Source: Dehalococcoidia bacterium (GTDB lineage: Bacteria; Chloroflexota; Dehalococcoidia; Lucifugimonadales; CAJWER01). Taken from it: a stretch of 64,000 nucleotides of DNA. Of the stretch, positions 57,068 through 64,000 are shown one piece after another. Position 1 is the first letter of the stretch. Each line of letters opens with the position of its first letter. The DNA lies in contig OY762633.1 of the NCBI GenBank assembly GCA_963666125.1, positions 1,139,249-1,203,248 of the forward strand. The letters run 5' to 3'. The position numbers were made by a program, and so were the translations under genes. The notes under the pieces are model-generated. The model saw only the letters and a list, made by a program, of their open reading frames with translations, was not told the origin of the DNA and did not search any database.

Positions 57068-58330
57068 CTACGGCGATTCGTCAGGCTTGGTCTTGGTGAC
57101 GCGCAGACGCTTGACCCGCCGGCCAGCCGTCGAGAGCACCTCGATCTCCAGCCCGTCGTGGACGACCAGATCGCCGGTCTTGGCTATCCTGCCGAGGCGC
57201 TGGTACACGAACCCGCCCAGGGTGTCGAAGCCGTCGCCCTCCAGGTCGGTCGAGAGTATCTCGCCGGCTTCGTCGATGCCGATGCGGGCATCGAACATGA
57301 ACTCGTTCTCCCCTACCCGCTCGACCCCCGGGTCGGCGACGTCGAACTCGTCGGTGATCTCGCCGACGATCTCCTCAAGCAGGTCCTCGATGGTTACCAG
57401 GCCCGACACGCCCCCGTACTCGTCCACGACGATGGCGATGTGGCGCTGGGTCTCCTGGAACTCGGTCAGCAGCTCCTCCAGCGTCTTGTACTCCGGGATG
57501 AAGAGGGGCTTGCGCACCATGTCCATCGTCAACGTCCGGGGCGCCCTGTTCCCATCGCCCAGCAGCCCGAGGACATCCCTGGAGTGGACTATGCCCTCGA
57601 TGTGGTCCACGTCCCCCTGGGTGACCGGGATGCGGCTGTGGCCCGACTCCATCATCGTCCTCACGACCTCAGTCATGGGTGCGCCCAGCTGTACCGTGAC
57701 CATGTCCACTCTGGGCACCATTACCTCCCTGGCGATGGTGCGGTCGAGGTCGACCACTCCCCGGATCATTCGCGCCTCGTGCTCGTCCAGGATCTCCTCT
57801 TCGCCATCTATTCCGAGCCCCTCCGCCGGTCCGTTCGACGGCGGCGTGATCTCCTCGCCGAGGGGGGCCGTCAGGCTTCGCGCCGCCTTCTCCTCCAGGG
57901 TGAGCACCGGCGCCAGCAGTCTTGCCAGTACCCTGGCGGGCCTTGCCAGCCTGAGGGCCACCCGCTCTCCGTAGAGCATGGCCAGGCCCGAGGCCGCGAC
58001 GTGCAGGATCCCGGCCAAGCCGAGGGCGGCCCCGCCGGCGAGGTACGCCACCGCCCAGTGAACGTCGCCGATTGCCATGGCGAGGGCGACGCCGGATACC
58101 AGGGTCGCGCCGAGCAGCACGTACTTCAGGAGCGCCGCCGAGCCGGAAGGCCCGAGCGCGGTCGAGTGGAGGGCTTCGAGTGCGGCGGCCCCCGGCACTT
58201 CGTGGACGACGAGCCACTGGACGCGCTCGCGTCTTACCGAGGCGATGCTCGATTCGGCAAAGGATGCCAGGAAGAACCCTATCCCCGAGATGGCCAGGGC
58301 CACCCAGGGTAACGTACTGTCGCTCTCCAA
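57068..58330 (-). CDS. Hemolysin/CNNM family protein (DUF21-CBS pair-CorC_HlyC)
   Basis: N-terminal 4-TM DUF21, a CBS pair (REVMVPRVDM..., GIVHSRDVL), and the C-terminal CorC_HlyC pattern (DTLGGFVYQRLGRIAKTGD). Confidence 0.85.
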   Translation of the reverse strand: MESDSTLPWVALAISGIGFFLASFAESSIASVRRERVQWLVVHEVPGAAALEALHSTALGPSGSAALLKYVLLGATLVSGVALAMAIGDVHWAVAYLAGGAALGLAGILHVAASGLAMLYGERVALRLARPARVLARLLAPVLTLEEKAARSLTAPLGEEITPPSNGPAEGLGIDGEEEILDEHEARMIRGVVDLDRTIAREVMVPRVDMVTVQLGAPMTEVVRTMMESGHSRIPVTQGDVDHIEGIVHSRDVLGLLGDGNRAPRTLTMDMVRKPLFIPEYKTLEELLTEFQETQRHIAIVVDEYGGVSGLVTIEDLLEEIVGEITDEFDVADPGVERVGENEFMFDARIGIDEAGEILSTDLEGDGFDTLGGFVYQRLGRIAKTGDLVVHDGLEIEVLSTAGRRVKRLRVTKTKPDESP

Positions 58331-58331
58331 C

Positions 58332-59681
58332 TTAGAGTCTCTTCACGTCGCGCTCTCGGGCAGGCGCGCCGATGACGAGCGCCCCCCCGGGCACGTCTCG
58401 CGTTACGACTGCTCCTGCCCCCGTCCGGGCGTTCGCTCCCACTTCGACCGGGGCCACGAGCATGGTACCCGATCCGATGAACGCCCCATCGCCGATTCGC
58501 GTCCTGTGCTTGTCCGCTCCGTCGAAGTTGCAGGTAACCGTACCTGCACCCACGTTGACCCCGGCGCCCACGTCGGCGTCGCCGATGTAGCTGAAGTGGT
58601 GGACCCGCGCGCCCTTGCCTATGCGGCTTCCCTTGACCTCGGCCGACGTGCCGATGGTGGCATGTCCCTCCACGTGGGTGCCCGGCCTGATGTTGCTGAA
58701 AGGCCCAACCTCGACGCGGTCCTCGATCTTCGCGCCGGTGACCACCGAGGACTGGACATGGCAGTCGTCGCCTATGGTCGAGTCCGCGACCACGCTGTTG
58801 GGGCCTATCCTGCACCGGCGGCCGATGCGCGAACGCCCCGTGACGTGGGTGTTGGGCATGATCACCGTGTCCTCACCAATCTCGACGTCGACATCGACGT
58901 AGACCGACCCCGGATGCGGCATCGAAACACCTTTCAGCATCCACCGGTCGCGCAGGCGCCGACGCATGACGGCCTCCGCCTCCGCGAGCTGCACGCGGTT
59001 GTTCACGCCCATCACCTCCAAGGGCTCCCCGGCGACCACGGCCGCGACGCAGTCGCCCGACTCGACTGCCGCCTCTACCAGGTCGGTCAGGAGCACCTCG
59101 CCATTATCGGAGGGCGCGATCGACTCCAGGGCGGGCCAGAGCCACGACGTACGCATACGGTATATGCCGCTGTTCACCTCGCGAATCGCCAGGGTCTCGT
59201 GGTCCGCGGCCCCGTGCTCGACGACGGCGCTGACCCCGCTGCCGTTGCGTACTATCCTGCCCAGGTCGCCGGGTTCGTCCATCATGGCCGTCAGCAGGGT
59301 GAGGGCGGCACTGCTCCTGCGGTGCTCGTTCGCCACCGATTCGAGGGACTCCGGGCGCACGAGGGGTGCGTCGGCGGTCATCACCGTTATCTCGTCGACG
59401 CCTTCCAGGCTGTCCCGGGCCTGGAGGAGGGCGTGTCCGGTGCCCAGGGGCTCGGCCTGCTCCACGTACGCGACATGGCTGCCGAGGAGGTCCCTGAGGG
59501 CCGCCGCGCCCGGCGCGACTACGAGGACGACGCGGTCCAATCCCGCGGCCCGCGCGGATTCCGCCACGAGGACCACCATCTCCTTGCCGCAGACACGGTG
59601 GAGGGGCTTGGGCAACCCGGACCTCATCCGGTTGCCGCGTCCGGCGGCCAGGATAACGGCAGCCTGTCTGTCCATTGTCAT
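58332..59681 (-). CDS. glmU: Bifunctional UDP-N-acetylglucosamine diphosphorylase/glucosamine-1-phosphate N-acetyltransferase
   Basis: AVILAAGRGNRMRSGLPKPLH and the C-terminal left-handed beta-helix hexapeptide repeats. Confidence 0.93.
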   Translation of the reverse strand: MTMDRQAAVILAAGRGNRMRSGLPKPLHRVCGKEMVVLVAESARAAGLDRVVLVVAPGAAALRDLLGSHVAYVEQAEPLGTGHALLQARDSLEGVDEITVMTADAPLVRPESLESVANEHRRSSAALTLLTAMMDEPGDLGRIVRNGSGVSAVVEHGAADHETLAIREVNSGIYRMRTSWLWPALESIAPSDNGEVLLTDLVEAAVESGDCVAAVVAGEPLEVMGVNNRVQLAEAEAVMRRRLRDRWMLKGVSMPHPGSVYVDVDVEIGEDTVIMPNTHVTGRSRIGRRCRIGPNSVVADSTIGDDCHVQSSVVTGAKIEDRVEVGPFSNIRPGTHVEGHATIGTSAEVKGSRIGKGARVHHFSYIGDADVGAGVNVGAGTVTCNFDGADKHRTRIGDGAFIGSGTMLVAPVEVGANARTGAGAVVTRDVPGGALVIGAPARERDVKRL

Positions 59682-59811
59682 AAGGAAACGGAGCCCGCCA
59701 GCGCTCCTGGGCCAATGCTAGCAACGGGCACGAAAAAGTGTCAAGCCGAACCGGGTCGTCGTAGCCGGAAGCACCTATGATAAACTTGGGCAGCCAATCG
59801 CGGGGAGTGCG

Positions 59812-60456
59812 ATGAACTGGCTCGACTTCGTTCTGCTGGGCACGCTGGCGGTCTGTGCCGCCGTCGGTCTCAAGCTGGGCCTGATCAAAGCCGTCCTCGT
59901 AGCTGCGGCGGTCTACGTGGGTGGCCTGGTGGCAGGACGGCTGAGCGGCGGCGTCGGCGATTTTCTGAGCGGCCTGATCTCGATGGAAGGAGACGTCGGG
60001 GACCTGCTGAACAGGACAGTCCAGAACGAGACGATCCTCACCGTACTCACCTACGCCGTCATCATCGGCGCGTCCCTCCTGATCGCGCGGATGCTGTCCA
60101 AGCTCGCCTTCGTACTGAAGTTGGCGACGCTGGGGCTGTCCAGCGTGGTCGACCGCGGCGGAGGGCTGCTCCTCGGGTTCCTCATCGGCGTTGCGCTCAC
60201 CAGCGCCCTGGTCCTCGGCCTGGCCGCGCTCGCGTACGGGACAGGCTACGACGACGCCGTGGTCGGCGTCGCGTTCGAGCGGGTCGAAGGAGCGGTCGAG
60301 AGCCTTGAGGGCACACTGGTCGGCTCCCAGCTCGTTTCGGTACACTTGGAGGTGTTCGACAGGCTGCCCGGCAACGCGCTGGGCTATGTGCCGCCCAGCT
60401 TCAAACAGGCGGTCTCAAATCTTCAGTCGGAGATAGATCGAACCCAACAGCAATGA
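59812..60456 (+). CDS. cvpA: CvpA family membrane protein
   Basis: MNWLDFVLLG...GLKLGLIKAV opening, 4 TM helices, and a GGGGAG SD 6 nt upstream. Confidence 0.7.
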   Translation: MNWLDFVLLGTLAVCAAVGLKLGLIKAVLVAAAVYVGGLVAGRLSGGVGDFLSGLISMEGDVGDLLNRTVQNETILTVLTYAVIIGASLLIARMLSKLAFVLKLATLGLSSVVDRGGGLLLGFLIGVALTSALVLGLAALAYGTGYDDAVVGVAFERVEGAVESLEGTLVGSQLVSVHLEVFDRLPGNALGYVPPSFKQAVSNLQSEIDRTQQQ

Positions 60457-60965
60457 CCATGATCCACGCGCCCGTACTCGTCCTGAACCAGAACTACCAG
60501 CCTCTGAACATCTGCAACGTCCGCCGCGCCATGGTGCTGGTGGGGCTGGGCAAGGCGGAGTTGATGGCGAACGGCCGCGGCGACATACGCACGGTCTCGG
60601 CCACCTTCGCCGTGCCGTCCGTGATACGGCTGGTGTACATGGTGAAGCAGCCGATCATCCGGCGCAGGCTGTCGCGGCGCGCCATCTTCTACAGGGACGA
60701 CTTCGCGTGCCAATACTGCGGCGCGCGGGGCAAGACCCTGACCCTCGACCACATAGTCCCGCGCTCGCGCGGCGGGACCCACGAGTGGGACAACGTGGTG
60801 AGCGCCTGCGTGCAGTGCAACCACAGGAAGGCGGGGCTCACGCCGTCCGAGGCTCGAATGCGCCTGCGGAGGAAGCCGGCCGCGCCGCGCCCCGAGCCCT
60901 ACGCCCTCTTCCGCCACCGCCCCATCCTGGACGAGTGGCGCGAGTTCATCCCCTGGGTGACCTAG
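60453..60965 (+). CDS. HNH endonuclease family protein
   Basis: CQYCG...LTLDHIVPRSRGGTHEWDNVVSACVQCNHRK. Confidence 0.85.
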   Translation: MTMIHAPVLVLNQNYQPLNICNVRRAMVLVGLGKAELMANGRGDIRTVSATFAVPSVIRLVYMVKQPIIRRRLSRRAIFYRDDFACQYCGARGKTLTLDHIVPRSRGGTHEWDNVVSACVQCNHRKAGLTPSEARMRLRRKPAAPRPEPYALFRHRPILDEWREFIPWVT

Positions 60966-61945
60966 CCCGCGCCGTCGTACACCTCGGGGTTGACGCAGGT
61001 CAGCAGCCTCTCGCCCCGGATCCCGTTCAGCAGGTTGGTCGCCGATATACGCGACATCTCGCGCCGGGTTGCCACGCTCGCGCTCGCCAGGTGGGGCACG
61101 ATGACGCAGTTGTCCAGGGTGAGCAGCGGGTCGTCCATCGGTATGGGCTCAGGGTCGGTCACGTCCAGCCCGGCCGCGGCGATCTGACCTTCCGACAGCG
61201 CCCTGTACAGGGCCGCGGGATCGACGATGGGCCCCCTGGCGGCGTTCACCAGGACCGCGTTCGACTTCATCCTGGCCAGCGCGTCGTCGCTGATCAGGTG
61301 GTGGGTCGAGTCGTTCAGCACGGTGTGCAGCGACACGAAGTCCGACTCCCGCAGCAGCGTGTCCAGGTCCACGAACGTCAGGGGATACTCCGCCTCCAGG
61401 TCCTCCCGCCGGTTGAGGTCGTAGTAGAGGACCTTCATGTCGAACCCCAGGCAGCGCTTCGCCACCTCCAGCCCGATCCGCCCCATGCCGACGATACCCA
61501 GCGTCGCGCCGTACAGGTCGTGACCCAGGAAGTGGAGCGGGTGCCACGTCCGCCACTTGCCGGCGCGGACGGCCCGCTCTCCCTCGGTGATGCGCCGCGC
61601 CGCGGCCAGCATCAGGGCCAGCGTCGCGTCGGCCGTCGTCTGCGTCAGCACCTCCGGCGTGTAGCCCACCGGGATGCCCCGCCTCGTCGCCTCGTCGATG
61701 TCGATGTTGTTGTAGCCGACGGCGATCTGGCTGATGACCCTGAGCTGCGGCCCGGCCGCGTCCATCAGCTCCGCGTCTACGCCGTCGGTCAGCAGGCATA
61801 GCAGACCGTCGATCCCCCGGACCTTCTCCAGCAGCACGTCCCGGGGAGGCGGAAGCTCGTCCTCCCATATCTCCGCGTCCGTCTCGGTCCTGATCCGCTC
61901 GACGTACTCCGGGAATATCTCGCGCGAAACGAACGTACGGGCCAT
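60962..61945 (-). CDS. D-isomer-specific 2-hydroxyacid dehydrogenase (glyoxylate/hydroxypyruvate reductase-like)
   Basis: NAD motif GIVGMGRIGLEVAKR, VNAARGPIVD, and the catalytic His region VIVPHLASAS. ATG 61945 preferred. Confidence 0.88.
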   Translation of the reverse strand: MARTFVSREIFPEYVERIRTETDAEIWEDELPPPRDVLLEKVRGIDGLLCLLTDGVDAELMDAAGPQLRVISQIAVGYNNIDIDEATRRGIPVGYTPEVLTQTTADATLALMLAAARRITEGERAVRAGKWRTWHPLHFLGHDLYGATLGIVGMGRIGLEVAKRCLGFDMKVLYYDLNRREDLEAEYPLTFVDLDTLLRESDFVSLHTVLNDSTHHLISDDALARMKSNAVLVNAARGPIVDPAALYRALSEGQIAAAGLDVTDPEPIPMDDPLLTLDNCVIVPHLASASVATRREMSRISATNLLNGIRGERLLTCVNPEVYDGAG

Positions 61946-62116
61946 CTGAGGCGCCTCCAATTCAAGGGGTTCAGGACAATCCCGCCCTCTACACAAACGC
62001 GCCCCCACTTCCTCGGGGGCAACCCTCATTGTAGCACGCCGCCCGGCTTTGCCGTCGGAGCCCGATTGACTTGTGCGGCCAGCGTGCTACCGTATCGTCG
62101 AATCTCACGATGGAGG

Positions 62117-63205
62117 ATGGCGATGTCCGGCGCGAGAGCGGTCGTTCACTGGAGCAGGGTGATATGCAAGCAGCCCGAGAACTACCTGGGGTGGCCGACC
62201 ATTGGGCGCACCAGAGACGGCGAGCTGCTCGCCGTCTTCTCCGGCGAGCGGGAGACCCACGTCTGCCCCTACGGGGTGAACCAGCTAATACGTAGCACCG
62301 ACGGCGGCGAGACGTGGACCGAGCCCGAGACGGTCAACAATTCGCCCCTGGACGACCGGGACACGGGCCTGCTGGTGACTAGGACGGGCGCACTCGTCAT
62401 CACGTGGTTCACGGGCACGTCGTACTCCGACCCGGCCCGGTACAGGGAGCAGTACCCGGACGAGTACATGTCGTGGGTGAGGCACTGGCGGAAGATACCG
62501 CAGCGCGACAGGGACAGGTACCACGGCGTCTGGTCGAGGCGCTCGACCGACGGCGGCAGGACGTGGGAGCCCCAGGTCGACACCATCGTGACCGCGCCCC
62601 ACGGCCCGATACAGCTCAATGACGGCCGGCTCATGATGGTCGGCAACGCGAGGTTCGACGGCAGGCCCACCGTCGCGGCCGTAGAGTCCAAGGACGAGGG
62701 CCGCTCGTGGCAGCTAGCCGGAATCATCCCGATACCTGAGGAGAAGCTGCCGGACGCGAGGCACTTCAACGAGCCCCACCTGGTCGAGCTTCCCGACGGG
62801 CGGATCGTGACGCTGATCCGGTACGAGCCGACGAAGGAGCGGTACGACGAGTGGTACATGCACCAGTCCGAGAGCCTGGACGGCGGGAGGACGTGGACGT
62901 CGGCCCACGCCACGCCGATCTGGGGGTGGCCCCCACACCTGATCCGGCTGGCGAGCGGCGACGTTCTCGTCACATACGGCATCAGGAAGGAGCCCTTCGG
63001 GGAGCGTGCCTGCCTGAGCAGCGACGGCGGCGTCACCTGGGACATCGAGAACGAGATCGTGCTGCGCGACGACGCGCCCAACGGCGACCTGGGCTACCCG
63101 GCCACCGTCGAGATGGAGCCGGGCGAGCTACTGACGGTCTACTACCAGGTCGAGAACGAGGGCGAGAAGACCTGCATGATGGCCACGCGATGGAGCCTCC
63201 GGTAG
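62117..63205 (+). CDS. BNR/Asp-box repeat protein (sialidase-like beta-propeller), no signal peptide seen
   Basis: Asp-boxes: RSTDGGETWT, RSTDGGRTWE, SKDEGRSWQ, SLDGGRTWT, SSDGGVTWD. Confidence 0.7.
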   Translation: MAMSGARAVVHWSRVICKQPENYLGWPTIGRTRDGELLAVFSGERETHVCPYGVNQLIRSTDGGETWTEPETVNNSPLDDRDTGLLVTRTGALVITWFTGTSYSDPARYREQYPDEYMSWVRHWRKIPQRDRDRYHGVWSRRSTDGGRTWEPQVDTIVTAPHGPIQLNDGRLMMVGNARFDGRPTVAAVESKDEGRSWQLAGIIPIPEEKLPDARHFNEPHLVELPDGRIVTLIRYEPTKERYDEWYMHQSESLDGGRTWTSAHATPIWGWPPHLIRLASGDVLVTYGIRKEPFGERACLSSDGGVTWDIENEIVLRDDAPNGDLGYPATVEMEPGELLTVYYQVENEGEKTCMMATRWSLR

Positions 63206-63217
63206 GAAGGAGCGGCT

Positions 63218-64000
63218 ATGTACTTCAAGAGGGAGCTACCCGTATCGAGCGCCGTCTACCGGCCCCTGCCGGTGAAGCGGTACGTCATGACGACGATGGG
63301 CGGGTTCTGGCCCGCGCTCCAGAAGCTGCCGAACGGGCACCTGGGGGTCGTGACGCGCGACGGCGACTTTCACATAGGCGCGCGGGGGCGCCTCGTCTTC
63401 GTCTCCTCGCCGGACGGGGGGGAGTCCTGGAGCCATGCGTCCGTAATCTCGGACGTGGGCCCGGACGACCGCAACCCGGCGTTTGGCGTGGCCGCGGACG
63501 GCACGCTGCTCGCCTGCTTCATCAGGGCGGACAGGTACGTGGGCGGCAACTGGACGCCCGACAAGGACAAGGGCGGCTACACGGCCATGTGGATGTCCCG
63601 CTCGACCGACTGCGGCGCCACGTGGAGCGAGGCGGAGCTCGTGGAGGGCCAGGGCAACGAGGAGTGGAGCTACGCGGGCAGGACCGGGCCGGATGACGAC
63701 CACCGGTACGCGTCCGCCTTCAACAAGATGCTGACCCTGGACGGCGGCGAGATGCTGATGGGATACGCGATCAGCACGACCGGGCGGCCGCGGCAGGCGG
63801 GCGCTTCGTTCCTAGTCCGGTCCAGCGACCACGGCAGGACGTGGACGGACTGCGTCACCCTTGGCGAGGGCACCGGCGAGCCGGCCCTGTGCGACCTGGG
63901 CGGCGGACGGCTCATGGTCATGCTCCGGGGAACCCAGGAGGGTGCCACCGGGCTGTGGCAGATCGACTCCGGCGACAACGGGCGCACCTGGACCGAGCCC
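63218..64000 (+). CDS. BNR/Asp-box repeat protein, 3'-truncated by the window end
   Basis: ATG 63218 preceded by GGAAGGAG. Asp-boxes SSPDGGESWS, SRSTDCGATWS, SSDHGRTWT, SGDNGRTWT. It is absent from the ORF track because it has no stop in the window. Confidence 0.65.
   Translation, partial: MYFKRELPVSSAVYRPLPVKRYVMTTMGGFWPALQKLPNGHLGVVTRDGDFHIGARGRLVFVSSPDGGESWSHASVISDVGPDDRNPAFGVAADGTLLACFIRADRYVGGNWTPDKDKGGYTAMWMSRSTDCGATWSEAELVEGQGNEEWSYAGRTGPDDDHRYASAFNKMLTLDGGEMLMGYAISTTGRPRQAGASFLVRSSDHGRTWTDCVTLGEGTGEPALCDLGGGRLMVMLRGTQEGATGLWQIDSGDNGRTWTEP

Overview
High-GC bacterial chromosomal window with about 60 protein genes and one tRNA. Phylum cannot be proven from sequence alone. The gene style (many BNR/enolase-type paralogs, extended -10 promoters, very short leaders) suggests a Chloroflexota-like organism, but that is inference only. 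Most of the window is housekeeping. This includes tig-clpP-clpX, two tandem ABC-2 exporter pairs, a MoxR/DUF58/transglutaminase operon coupled to ogt, tsaD, a sugar-acid catabolism cluster, dxs, dprA-topA, a XerC/D-family recombinase with aroQ and an M24 peptidase, gyrA, sixA-CHAD, trpC-trpF, glmU, cvpA and an HNH gene. It also carries three cytoplasmic BNR/sialidase-like paralogs and two tandem rhomboid-TPR proteases. The accessory part is a ~15.6 kb block between tRNA-Arg(CCT) (35129-35204) and the 3' end of gyrA. It is a type I R-M locus (HTH-fused hsdM, then hsdS) split from its hsdR by ~5 kb of visibly lower-GC cargo. The cargo holds an ABC-ATPase fused to a Toprim/DUF4435-like domain (PARIS AriA-AriB-like), a decayed AlbA_2 gene fragment and two small acidic antitoxin-like ORFs. 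It also holds a minimal nucleotidyltransferase (MntA-like) overlapping a DUF3800 gene where the usual HEPN toxin would sit, and an intact AlbA_2/Schlafen-like regulator. A 290-bp intergenic array of degenerate 11-bp G-rich repeats precedes hsdR. hsdR is packed tightly with a DUF45 peptidase-like gene and a complete Hen1-Pnkp RNA repair pair. The most interesting hypothesis is a restriction module, a putative tRNA-targeting abortive effector and an RNA heal/seal/methylate module co-located in one locus. A second AlbA_2 + ParA-like two-gene module sits between topA and the recombinase. Several short hairpin or dispersed repeat families occupy intergenic regions. The many long antisense or alternate-frame ORFs in the track are treated as high-GC artefacts.
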